A stretch of 64,000 nt of DNA. It comes from Candidatus Woesearchaeota archaeon (GTDB taxonomy: Archaea; Nanobdellota; Nanobdellia; Pacearchaeales; GW2011-AR1). Numbering within the stretch: the stretch's first letter is position 1; every line of letters begins with the position of its first letter. The position numbers and the translations under genes were made by a program. The DNA lies in assembly GCA_964621025.1 (NCBI GenBank), contig CAZUKQ010000002.1, positions 35,292 through 99,291 on the forward strand. Direction: 5' to 3'. The notes under the pieces were generated by a model, which saw only the letters and a program-made list of their open reading frames with translations, was not told the DNA's origin and searched no databases. Below, one piece after another: positions 37,518 to 46,406 of this stretch.

Positions 37518-37868
37518 ATGGTAATCACAAATGTTCAGAACAGATGTATGAGGTGTTATGAGCCTATTACTAATCCTGTTTGTGTTAAATGTCATTTAGA
37601 CGAGGTTAGATTTTTTTTGAAGGATTTTGATATAGATCCTCATCTAGTGGGCCTAATGGTAAATGATATTAAGAGCCACATTAGGGAAGAACCTATCCAT
37701 TCTGAAATTTGTTTATTATGTGGGAAGGAAAATCTTTCATTTTGTTCATACTGTTTTTTCATGATTGCCGCGAGGATAATAAAGAAATGGCTTGGTAGAG
37801 GAATTGTTTTAGATTCGTTCTTAGAAGTTTTCAATTATCAATTCGGTCATGAAGAATATACTTTGTAA
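37518..37868 (+). CDS. Cys-rich double zinc-finger hypothetical protein (paralog of 12250..12648)
   Basis: CMRC.EPITNPVCVKC...CLLC...FCSYCF...FNYQF. Confidence 0.75.
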   Translation: MVITNVQNRCMRCYEPITNPVCVKCHLDEVRFFLKDFDIDPHLVGLMVNDIKSHIREEPIHSEICLLCGKENLSFCSYCFFMIAARIIKKWLGRGIVLDSFLEVFNYQFGHEEYTL

Positions 37869-37888
37869 CGAAGAATATACTTTGTAAC
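37851..37888. repeat. perfect 19-bp tandem duplication
   Basis: GAAGAATATACTTTGTAAC twice (37851-37869, 37870-37888). Confidence 0.95.
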
Positions 37889-37910
37889 TCAATAACATGA
37901 GATGCCTCCT

Positions 37911-37956
37911 GGAAGCGAAAGCTTCCCCATATTAGCAGCCCGTAGGGGCTGCTTTT
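37911..37956 (+). other. two GC-rich hairpins, second followed by a T-run (terminator or ncRNA)
   Basis: GGAAGC(GAAA)GCTTCC and AGCAGCCC(GTAG)GGGCTGCT-TTT between convergent genes. Confidence 0.55.
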
Positions 37957-37992
37957 AAAATCATCATGGAAAATGTTTGAAAGAATAAATTT

Positions 37993-38172
37993 TTATTCTG
38001 TTTTTGTTTCTAGGTTAATTTTTCTTGTAGAACCGCAATTTCCGCAATTCCCTTGGTGGAATCCGGGAATATCTCCAAAACCTTCTTGATATCCCAAATA
38101 AGTATGTAACCCTAACCAATTACAGCTCTTGCATTCAGTCCAATAGGGAGCATCTTTATAAAAATTTGACAT
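37993..38172 (-). CDS. 59-aa zinc-ribbon protein not in the ORF track
   Basis: MSNFYKDAPYWTECKSCNW...GNCGNCGSTRKINLETKTE; two CxxC; TATA upstream. Confidence 0.65.
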   Translation of the reverse strand: MSNFYKDAPYWTECKSCNWLGLHTYLGYQEGFGDIPGFHQGNCGNCGSTRKINLETKTE

Positions 38173-38257
38173 AATTTTTTGTTGAAATATTAGTTTAAAA
38201 AGCTTTAGTTTTTGACAACCAACATCTTTAAAAATAGAATTTATCTTTATTGATTAT

Positions 38258-38406
38258 CCTCCCATAGCTCAGCGGTAGAGCACATGGCTGTAGAATAGCG
38301 TTGACATTTCCACTAAAGTGGCTAAGGATGAAACGTGAAAAGTCTGTGACTAAGGTTTTGTAATGCAGAACCCGTGGTGTCCCCGGTTCAATTCCGGGTG
38401 GGGGGA
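38258..38406 (+). tRNA. tRNA-Tyr(GTA) with 77-nt canonical 37/38 intron (38294-38370)
   Basis: C1-G72/A73; CATGG/CCGTG anticodon stem; BHB with CTGT pairing to intron GCAG and 3-nt bulges AG|A and AA|C. Confidence 0.92.
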
Positions 38407-38467
38407 TTTCATATTTATTTTCGTTTTCGAAGGAAGATTTTATAAAGATTATATCTGTTATTTTAAC

Positions 38468-38938
38468 ATGCAAATAAATTGGCTTCTATTGATCGGATTT
38501 ATAGTCCTCTGTAATCTTCTTGGTTCCTTAGGTGCTATTTGGACAGCTTCAGATAGAAGTTGGTATAATTCTATAAACAAACCAAGTTTCAATCCACCTA
38601 GTTGGGTTTTTGGTCCAGTTTGGACACTTCTATTTACTGCCTTGGGGATTGCTTTATATTTTATCTGGGTTGCTCCTTCCTCCCAGGTTAAAATTATTGC
38701 ATTATCTTTTTTTATTATTCAATTTATTTTTAATATACTCTGGAGTTATTTGTTTTTTGGAGTTAATAATCCTCTCTGGTCTTTGATTGAAATATTAGTT
38801 TTACTTATTTTTATCTTGGCAACAGGAGTTTCTTTTTTCATGATTAATAGGCTCGCGGGATATTTAATTATGCCTTATTTTATTTGGGTTAGTTTTGCTA
38901 CTTTTTTGAATTATAATCTCTGGATTCTAAACAGATAG
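38468..38938 (+). CDS. tspO: TspO/MBR tryptophan-rich sensory protein
   Basis: WY..INKPSFNPPSWVFGPVWT, PYFIWVSFATFLN; start corrected to avoid the tRNA. Confidence 0.92.
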   Translation: MQINWLLLIGFIVLCNLLGSLGAIWTASDRSWYNSINKPSFNPPSWVFGPVWTLLFTALGIALYFIWVAPSSQVKIIALSFFIIQFIFNILWSYLFFGVNNPLWSLIEILVLLIFILATGVSFFMINRLAGYLIMPYFIWVSFATFLNYNLWILNR

Positions 38939-39006
38939 TTTTAATCTAGTTGTATTCATAAATTCCTCTTCTAAACATTTAAATAACTCCTTAACGTGAA
39001 TATTTT

Positions 39007-39219
39007 ATGGTGAAAAAGAGTGATAGCGTTGCATTTGTTCCAAATAAATATTTTTATATGTCTGCTTTCTTTGCTTTAGTTACAGTCCTCTTCGTTTGCT
39101 ACGGATTGAGAAATGACGACGTTGTTTATCTTTTAGAGTCTATTTTTTTAGGAATTATTGGTTTATTTTTTATTAACAAGAGTAAGAAATTTAAGGTTAG
39201 TAAGAAGAAAAAGAGATAA
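39007..39219 (+). CDS. small 2-TM hypothetical protein
   Basis: Two hydrophobic segments, basic tail, TATA upstream. Confidence 0.6.
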   Translation: MVKKSDSVAFVPNKYFYMSAFFALVTVLFVCYGLRNDDVVYLLESIFLGIIGLFFINKSKKFKVSKKKKR

Positions 39220-39287
39220 TTCTGTTGACTAAATTATATACTTTTTTGAATAGTAATTCTTATAAAGAGGACTGTACTAAGATTTGT

Positions 39288-39572
39288 ATGCCAAAGGAAA
39301 AAGAAGTCGTGACAAAAATTGTTGACTACGTTGAGAAAAATTTGAAGAAAGGTTACAAGCTTGATGAGTTAAAATGGGCCTTAATTTCTCAGAAATATTC
39401 TAAGATTGAAATTGATAAAGCAATGTCAATCATTAACGCAAGAACAGCTAAGACTCAACAAGAAAAAAGAGCACAAGAAGTTCAAGCTGCGATGGTTGTT
39501 GAAGAAGAAAAACCTGTTGAAAAGAAAGTTGGTTTTTTCAAAAAAGTTCTTGGCAAGTTAAAAAATAATTAA
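39288..39572 (+). CDS. hypothetical protein
   Basis: DYVEKNLKKGY..DELKWAL..QKYS..EID.A helical motif; start set by TATA spacing. Confidence 0.7.
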   Translation: MPKEKEVVTKIVDYVEKNLKKGYKLDELKWALISQKYSKIEIDKAMSIINARTAKTQQEKRAQEVQAAMVVEEEKPVEKKVGFFKKVLGKLKNN

Positions 39573-39895
39573 GGTCTATTAGAGTCTATGTTTCTTATTC
39601 TTGATGGTGCGTAAGCTCTTAAGTACATCCTTGCTTCTTCCATAATTTCTCTACTTTCTACTTCTCCAACTCCAGTTACTTGTTTTAAAATTCCATTAGT
39701 TACTGCATAAGCTGCGCCGTATCTTGCAAGTGTTTTTTCCGCTTCATTAGGGTTTCCATAATCAGTGTTTTTGTCTGCCTCTCCCCCAAGTTTTCTTACT
39801 TCTAAAGGATCAATACCTGTAATTCTCGTTCCTAAATTTATACCTGTGCTTTCTCTAGCAGAATATTTTCTCTCTTTCTTTTCTTTTGTTGCCAT
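39569..39895 (-). CDS. hypothetical protein
   Basis: Own TATA at 39924, 29 nt upstream. Confidence 0.65.
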   Translation of the reverse strand: MATKEKKERKYSARESTGINLGTRITGIDPLEVRKLGGEADKNTDYGNPNEAEKTLARYGAAYAVTNGILKQVTGVGEVESREIMEEARMYLRAYAPSRIRNIDSNRP

Positions 39896-39932
39896 AATGT
39901 TACAACTTTAAAGTGGTTTAAAAATCTTTTGA

Positions 39933-40271
39933 TTACCAAAGCAAAGGATAGAATTCTTTTTCTTCCATTAGCTCTCTGCATATCTCTTTCATCTTGATTG
40001 AATAAACTTGTTGAAGATACGTTCCGGTTTCAAAACTCTCTTGAAGATTTTCATATTCTTGAACGCTTTTAATAAATTTTTCTAATTCTGACAAAGTTTC
40101 TCCAGATTCTTGTGCACAAATTCTACATAAAAAATCCTGACCTCTTCTTATTGTTCGTAATGTTTCCTCTTGTTCAAAGTCTTCTTGAAAGAAATTATAG
40201 TCTACAGATTTTTCTCCTTTTTCGTCAAGGTAACCTTCTTGTGTTAGATAATTAACTAGTTCTTGTCCCAT
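39933..40271 (-). CDS. hypothetical acidic protein
   Basis: Overlaps upstream gene by 16 nt. Confidence 0.6.
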   Translation of the reverse strand: MGQELVNYLTQEGYLDEKGEKSVDYNFFQEDFEQEETLRTIRRGQDFLCRICAQESGETLSELEKFIKSVQEYENLQESFETGTYLQQVYSIKMKEICRELMEEKEFYPLLW

Positions 40272-40582
40272 CTTAAAGATTCAGCGTGTTCAGCTTTAAT
40301 AATTTTTGGAATTTCTTGGTAAGGCACCAATGTAAGTCTTACTTTTTCATCAATAAATACTGTTAATTGTAAGCAAGTTCTGTAAAGACCTTCTGCTTTC
40401 TCACTCATAAGATAGTCTTTTGTTGCATGTTTAATCGCTGGAAATCTAGTTTCGAATATCATTCTTTCTCGAGCATATTCTTCTAACCAATTTTCTAATT
40501 CTCTTCTAGAAAAATCTATTTTGCAAGTTTCAAGATCAGTCATTATTTCTGAAAGAGGTCTTATTTTAGTTTGTGTTTCCAT
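40256..40582 (-). CDS. hypothetical protein
   Basis: 21 nt downstream of the A1-like gene. Confidence 0.6.
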   Translation of the reverse strand: METQTKIRPLSEIMTDLETCKIDFSRRELENWLEEYARERMIFETRFPAIKHATKDYLMSEKAEGLYRTCLQLTVFIDEKVRLTLVPYQEIPKIIKAEHAESLRWDKN

Positions 40583-40603
40583 TTAAATTTCTATCCAGTT
40601 ATC

Positions 40604-42100
40604 TTATCTCCATCTTCCTGTAGGCATCAATAACATTTGTTTTTTACCGTTTTCATATAGGACATCGCTTGCAGCCATTGCTGAGCTAGAAGAACCTTCT
40701 GTGTAAGCTTGATCAGGTGCTAGAGTGCCCGTTACATGAACGTCTCCAGATATTTCTGGTGCGTGTGTGTGCCCGTAAATTCCCTTTCCGAAATGTGCTG
40801 CTTTTTGTTTTGCACTTCCTCCTCTTGAGCCATTTCTTCCGATATGTCCGTGAATTGAAAGATTGTTTCCAAGAACGTTAAGTTTGTCTTTTAATTTTAA
40901 GAACCGAACATTCTCAGGAAGTTTCCCATATAGGCCTATAGCATTCTTTAGATAGCTATCTTTATCAGGTAAACTTCCAATTATTTTTGCAACAATTGCG
41001 ACATTCCAAGGGTCTCTTTTCCAAATATCATCCTGAATATATTTTTTCAAGAAATCATCGTGGTTTGAATGAGGTAAATAGACCATATTCTTTTTGCCTA
41101 TAGCATTTGCAAATCTATGAAGTTCTAGGTAGCAGTTTTCTAATTCTTCTTCAAGGCAAAGATTAGACGGAGTAAATTTAAATTGCCTTGCCCTTTCTAC
41201 CCAGTCTTCCATTTCGTGATGACATATAGAATGTCCATTAAAAAAATCATGAAGTACTAATTTCTTCGGTTTGAAATAATCTATTTGTCCATAGGTTGCT
41301 TCTAGTAGTTCTCTTTTATGTGCGCCAAGATGAATATCTCCGGGAACTAAAGCTTCTACCCCCACTCTTTTTGGTTTACTATCTCCGTCAAATTTTTCGG
41401 CCAAGTCTACAAATTGTCCGTTTGGTGTTGCGGTTAAATGTCTCATGTTATATTGCGTTGGGCTCAGAACTTCAACAAATAAGGCACCCATGACGTGGTC
41501 TCTTACTGCCTGATTACCTCGGTCATTTCTCCAGTTGTAATGGGGAGTAGTTATACATCCTGTTGTTGCTAAAAACCTTGTCCAAGTTTGAAATGTTCCT
41601 ACCGGAGCAAGTCTTTGTTTTGAATGTGGATAGATAAGTGTCGCTTGATATCGGTTAGGTAAGCTTGTTCTTCCTGTTGAAGGATCTACATTTTGTGGAG
41701 GAACTCTGATATCTGAACGAGTAACATTATCATTTAATTTTTTGTAATTGTCTGCCCAATTTTCTTCTACTTCAGGTAAGTCTCTTACAGATTCATGAAG
41801 GACATCTTCTCTTTGACATTTTCCAGCCATAGGAAGTATTTGTAATTCTGCATCTTTTTCTTTTGCAAATCTTTTTAGACCAGCGTAAAGATTTTCGTGT
41901 AATGGTGCGGAACCTTCATCTAACCAAGGTTTTAGTACAGTATTTTCATTTCCTTCTTTATCTTTTTCAGTAGACTCATAATACGAAGCTTGTGCGCCAG
42001 TGAAAATGTATCTTTTAGGATATCTTGAATGATGTTCTGGAACAGATGTAGGTGTGATTTCAACAGAAGGTCTTTTTGATTGACGCTTCTTAGCTACCAT
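40604..42100 (-). CDS. calcineurin-like metallophosphoesterase resembling phage T5 A1
   Basis: GDIH, HDFF...HH, SNHD, HGHIGRNGSRG, GHTH; N-term RYIFTGAQ; C-term YENGKK; start probably 42100. Confidence 0.8.
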   Translation of the reverse strand: MVAKKRQSKRPSVEITPTSVPEHHSRYPKRYIFTGAQASYYESTEKDKEGNENTVLKPWLDEGSAPLHENLYAGLKRFAKEKDAELQILPMAGKCQREDVLHESVRDLPEVEENWADNYKKLNDNVTRSDIRVPPQNVDPSTGRTSLPNRYQATLIYPHSKQRLAPVGTFQTWTRFLATTGCITTPHYNWRNDRGNQAVRDHVMGALFVEVLSPTQYNMRHLTATPNGQFVDLAEKFDGDSKPKRVGVEALVPGDIHLGAHKRELLEATYGQIDYFKPKKLVLHDFFNGHSICHHEMEDWVERARQFKFTPSNLCLEEELENCYLELHRFANAIGKKNMVYLPHSNHDDFLKKYIQDDIWKRDPWNVAIVAKIIGSLPDKDSYLKNAIGLYGKLPENVRFLKLKDKLNVLGNNLSIHGHIGRNGSRGGSAKQKAAHFGKGIYGHTHAPEISGDVHVTGTLAPDQAYTEGSSSSAMAASDVLYENGKKQMLLMPTGRWR

Positions 42101-42218
42101 CAGAAATGTTTTACTCCTTTCATCACGCTCATACAACTTTCTATTTTCATTTCTTTATAAACATTTATGTGCTGAAAAATAGTATTTTAAAAAATCTTTA
42201 TCTCCGTCGGTAAAATTG

Positions 42219-43256
42219 TTAATCGTGCTTTCCGTGAGCGATACTTTCGCCTCTTCCTGCTGAGGTCATAGAAATAAAATCTGCTTTTCCAATTATCTTT
42301 CTCATGTTGTTTGCTCCGATGTAGGTCATACCAGAAGCTAAACCGCCGATATATTTTTTGATGATTGGTTCAACCAGGCCCTTGAATGGAATTTTTGTCG
42401 CTTCACCTTCAACAGAAATGACTTCAGTCTTCTCTCCATTAAGTTGTAACTTTTTTATTGTTGCATCATAGGAGGCCATGCCACGATATTCTTTTACAAG
42501 TTTGCCTTTTTCTTTCAAAATTTTTCCAGGTGATTCTTTTGTTCCTGCTAAAACAAAACCAAGCATGACATTATCTGCACCAGCACCTATAGCCTTTACA
42601 ATGTCCCCAGGATGTCTTATTCCTCCGTCGGCACAAATTGGTATCTCCCCCCTAATCGCTTCGTAGACATCCATGATTGCAGTAATTTGAGGTACTCCTG
42701 CTCCAGACATTATTCTTGTTATGCACATAGAACCTGGACCGATTCCAACTTTGATTGCATCTGCGCCTTTAGATAAAAAATATTCTGCTGCATCTTTTGT
42801 TGCGATATTCCCACACATCACATCTATTTTTGGATAGTTTGTTTTAATCCATTCTAAAGTTTTTCCTGCATATTTTGAATGTCCATGTGCTATGTCTAGG
42901 ACTAAAATGTTTACGTCTGCCTTGACTAGTGCGGGCACTCTTTCTTCATAGTCTTTGATTCCGATGGCGGCGGCACAAATAAGATTGTATTGCTTTACCT
43001 TTCTTACCTGTGCTACTTGTTCTTCGATTGTTAAAAACCGATGAATCACGCCAAGTCCACCCATTTTCCCCAGTGTGATAGCCATTTCAGCTTCACAAAC
43101 TGTGTCCATGTTTGCTGCAATTATAGGAATGTTAATAGAATAATTTCTCGTGACTCTCGTTGTGAAGTCAACTTCTTTTCTAGAACGAATCTTGTTATAT
43201 TTAGGCACCATTAGAACGTCATCATAAGAATATCCTTTGCCCACGATTCTTGCCAT
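42219..43256 (-). CDS. guaB: IMP dehydrogenase/GMP reductase without CBS domains
   Basis: [37 protein letters not shown]. Confidence 0.88.
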   Translation of the reverse strand: MARIVGKGYSYDDVLMVPKYNKIRSRKEVDFTTRVTRNYSINIPIIAANMDTVCEAEMAITLGKMGGLGVIHRFLTIEEQVAQVRKVKQYNLICAAAIGIKDYEERVPALVKADVNILVLDIAHGHSKYAGKTLEWIKTNYPKIDVMCGNIATKDAAEYFLSKGADAIKVGIGPGSMCITRIMSGAGVPQITAIMDVYEAIRGEIPICADGGIRHPGDIVKAIGAGADNVMLGFVLAGTKESPGKILKEKGKLVKEYRGMASYDATIKKLQLNGEKTEVISVEGEATKIPFKGLVEPIIKKYIGGLASGMTYIGANNMRKIIGKADFISMTSAGRGESIAHGKHD

Positions 43257-43362
43257 GAATTTCTGTATGGTTTCTTTTTTATAAAGATGTATATGGTGGA
43301 AAGTATATTTTGATTTGCATCAGAATCATTAAATTTAATTAGCCAAAATTTCTTATTTTTTT

Positions 43363-43737
43363 ATGTCAAGATTAAGAGAAAATGGTTTAGTTTGTAGTAG
43401 GCATGAAAGAGGGCCTGCGAGAATTATTCAAATGTATGTAGATGGAACTAAACCAGTTTTGTTTATAGGAGAGGATATTCATTCAGAGTCTTTAGAAGGA
43501 ATTTTAGATATGCTCGGCATAGATTATGAAATGGGAAGAATTCCAAATGGGAAGCAAGGTCCAGCCTTAGAAGGAAAAGAGTACAAAGTTGTGGGAATGG
43601 GATATGCGGAAGTAAGGGGCGATAAAATTTCAGTTAATACGTATGATCGTAGTTCAGGCTATGGAATTGGAATAAATCATGAACATTTTGAGAAAGTAAG
43701 ACCTTTTTTGAACGGTTTTGAACTCGAGATTGTTTAG
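43363..43737 (+). CDS. hypothetical protein
   Basis: 124-aa ORF. Confidence 0.65.
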   Translation: MSRLRENGLVCSRHERGPARIIQMYVDGTKPVLFIGEDIHSESLEGILDMLGIDYEMGRIPNGKQGPALEGKEYKVVGMGYAEVRGDKISVNTYDRSSGYGIGINHEHFEKVRPFLNGFELEIV

Positions 43738-43771
43738 TTATCTTTAAAAGTCTATTTTACATCTTAAAATC

Positions 43772-44866
43772 ATGGAATATTTTTTCGTTTTTGGTAGAAA
43801 TCCTGCACTTTCATATGCAGAACTAGTTGCGTATATGCAAACTCGTGGCGTGACTTTCAAGAAAGTTTTTTTTGAGAGAAATATTCTTATTGTAGAATTT
43901 GAGAAAGACCCTAATTTAGACATTCAGGAATTTGGAGGAATCATCAAAATGGGCAAAGTTCAGTTTAAAGGAGAAATGAAGAACTTTGAAATATTTATGT
44001 CTGAAGACGAATTAATAGAAAGCGACAAATTTACTTATTCTGTCTTGGGACATTCTGTTGAAGACTTATTGTCTGAAAAATTTAAGAGTGAAAAAAGAAA
44101 GGCAATGTTAAAGAGAGGTAGAAGAATGTTAAGTTTGCAGAATGATGATACTATTTTAATTCCAAATGCGGATATTGAATTTTTTAGTTATGATATCGAA
44201 GGCAAAATTTATTTTGGAAAAGTTGAACAAGATTATTCTTACTCTGAAATTAAAGAAAGAGATATGAAGAAACCAATTAGAAGAGAGAGTTTGGCGATTT
44301 CTCCAAGACTTGCAAAAATTTTAGTTAATCTTGCGCAGGTTCATGAAGGAGGATTATTATTGGATCCATTTTGTGGTGTTGGTGGAATTTTACAGGAAGC
44401 TTTGATTAAAAAAATAAATTGTTATGGTCTGGACAGAGATTTAGATGCAATTGAAAGTGCAAGAAAGAATTTGAAATGGATGGAACAAAGATATGATTTA
44501 AATGCGAGTTATAAATTGGTAAATGTTGATTCACGAAAAGCACCAAATATAAAAGTTGATGGTGTTGCGACAGAACCTGATTTAGGCGAGTTGGTTAGAG
44601 ATAAACCTAGCGATAAGAAAGCACAAGAAATTTTGAAAGGTTTTGAAACTTTATTCATTGCAGTTTTGAGAAGAATAAAAGAAATAAAAAAACCTGGTGC
44701 GAAGATTGCAGCGACGATGCCGTTCATTAGAAAACATTCTGTTGATTTAGCAAAGATTTGCGAGAAGACTGGTTTGAAACTTTCTAAACTTGAAGGTGTT
44801 GAGTTTCCAATCAAAGAATACCGAGATGAGCAATTTATTGGTAGAGAAGTTATAATCTTTGAATAG
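43772..44866 (+). CDS. SAM-dependent RNA methyltransferase (Trm11/TrmG10-like)
   Basis: ISPRLAKILVNL, LDPFCGVGGIL.EA, ATEPDLG. Confidence 0.85.
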   Translation: MEYFFVFGRNPALSYAELVAYMQTRGVTFKKVFFERNILIVEFEKDPNLDIQEFGGIIKMGKVQFKGEMKNFEIFMSEDELIESDKFTYSVLGHSVEDLLSEKFKSEKRKAMLKRGRRMLSLQNDDTILIPNADIEFFSYDIEGKIYFGKVEQDYSYSEIKERDMKKPIRRESLAISPRLAKILVNLAQVHEGGLLLDPFCGVGGILQEALIKKINCYGLDRDLDAIESARKNLKWMEQRYDLNASYKLVNVDSRKAPNIKVDGVATEPDLGELVRDKPSDKKAQEILKGFETLFIAVLRRIKEIKKPGAKIAATMPFIRKHSVDLAKICEKTGLKLSKLEGVEFPIKEYRDEQFIGREVIIFE

Positions 44867-44939
44867 GTCCTTATTTTGAAGTTACTTTAAAGTAGTTACA
44901 AATAGGAAGGTTTAAATACTTGTTTTAACTAGAGATTAT

Positions 44940-45677
44940 ATGAAAAAAGGGATGCTTAGTGTAATATTGGCTGCGGGAACTACTCTTAATGTTTTAGCTG
45001 GCGGTCCTACTGAATTAAATCGGCAATTGGTTTCTCAACAAGGAGCAATAACCGAATATGGCGAATGTGGTTCGGTAGTTCTAGGAGAGAGAAGTTTAGA
45101 AAGTAAGGAAGGATATGTAGTAAAAGTAAGAGCAACAGAGGAAAAAGGTTACGATTTTTATAAACTTGCAGACTCAAGAGATTTAAAGTTCACTATAAGC
45201 ACCCCAAAGACTAGAATGTACATTACTGACAAAGGAGCCAACGGTTTAGACAAAGGAGACTATCTTCTTTTAGACCATAAATTTGAAAATGGAGACTCAT
45301 TAAACATGTATATTAGTTACTGTGGAGCAGACGACTTTTTCAGAGTTAGGTCCGCAATCTATTCTGCCGATAATGGTCGTGAAGAAAATTGTTACTCTTA
45401 TTCTGATGTAGACACTTCTGCCTTAAACTTTGCTCCAAGAAAAATGGTGGCACAAAAAATGAAACCAGTCTTCGAGTTAGGAAAGAGTATCTATTCAAAT
45501 TTGGTATCCTGTGTTGAAAGTAATACAAATCCTTCAATACCCTTTAAAGATTTAGAAACTGCTCTTTCAAGAGTAGAACCCTTACTTCCAAGAATAAAAA
45601 ATCAAGATTCTTCAGTAGGCTTGCCTCTAATAAGAATTGCGAATGAGTATTCTCAATTGGCGAAAGAAAGACTGTAA
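44940..45677 (+). CDS. hypothetical secreted protein
   Basis: Signal-like N-terminus; TATA 44911. Confidence 0.7.
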   Translation: MKKGMLSVILAAGTTLNVLAGGPTELNRQLVSQQGAITEYGECGSVVLGERSLESKEGYVVKVRATEEKGYDFYKLADSRDLKFTISTPKTRMYITDKGANGLDKGDYLLLDHKFENGDSLNMYISYCGADDFFRVRSAIYSADNGREENCYSYSDVDTSALNFAPRKMVAQKMKPVFELGKSIYSNLVSCVESNTNPSIPFKDLETALSRVEPLLPRIKNQDSSVGLPLIRIANEYSQLAKERL

Positions 45678-45737
45678 TAGGCTTAGATAGCTCTAATAAA
45701 ACTAAAGAAATAAAAACTATCAATTTTTATCAATTCT

Positions 45738-46406
45738 ATGAGGTTATTCTTATCTGGTGGGAGTATGGAACCATTTATTCTGGATAAAATGTTTGTTGAT
45801 GCAATTGATAAAACTAAACCTCTTTTATACATTCCAATTGCGATGGACCCAAAAGAACATTCTGCAGAAGAATGTTTTGTCTGGATGAAGAATTATTTTT
45901 CTAAATTTAATTTTAGCAACATAGTTATGACTACAGACTTGAGAAAAATTTCAGAAAAAGATTTGGATAAATTTGGAGGAGTTTACATCGGTGGGGGAAA
46001 CACTCCTTTTTTGTTGAAAGAATTAAAAGATTCTGGATTTTATGAACATTTGAAAACTCTGATAGAGAAAGATGTTCCTTTAGCTGGTGGAAGTGCAGGC
46101 GCAATAATTTTTGCAAAAACAATTGTTCCTTCTTTAAGCACAGATGAGAATGGGGTTAAACTAAAAATTTTTGATTCACTAGATAAACTTCAAGGTTGGG
46201 ATTTAGATGCTCATTATGAAATTTCTATGGATGCTGACATCAGGAGATATATGAAAGAATACAATCTGAAGAAGGTTATTGCTTTGCCAGAAAGATGTGG
46301 TTTATTTGTCGAAGGCAAAAAGATGAAAATAATCGGCGAGCTTTCTGCTTGGATTTTTGATTCTAAAGGAAAAAAAGAAATTAGGAATGGAGAAGAGTTG
46401 AAATGA
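45738..46406 (+). CDS. peptidase S51 (dipeptidase E-like)
   Basis: YIPIA, GGGNT, GGSAGA, HY. Confidence 0.88.
   Translation: MRLFLSGGSMEPFILDKMFVDAIDKTKPLLYIPIAMDPKEHSAEECFVWMKNYFSKFNFSNIVMTTDLRKISEKDLDKFGGVYIGGGNTPFLLKELKDSGFYEHLKTLIEKDVPLAGGSAGAIIFAKTIVPSLSTDENGVKLKIFDSLDKLQGWDLDAHYEISMDADIRRYMKEYNLKKVIALPERCGLFVEGKKMKIIGELSAWIFDSKGKKEIRNGEELK

Noticed and set aside
38320-38350. Hammerhead ribozyme in the tRNA-Tyr intron (CTAAGGA...GAAA)
   Set aside because: Core deviates from CUGANGA and stems I-III cannot be formed.
38228-38473. 81-aa minus-strand ORF and the 35-aa N-terminal extension of TspO
   Set aside because: Both overlap tRNA-Tyr; TspO starts at 38468.
39569-42136. Provirus around the A1-like gene
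   Set aside because: No recognisable structural, packaging, replication or integration genes; flanked by housekeeping genes.
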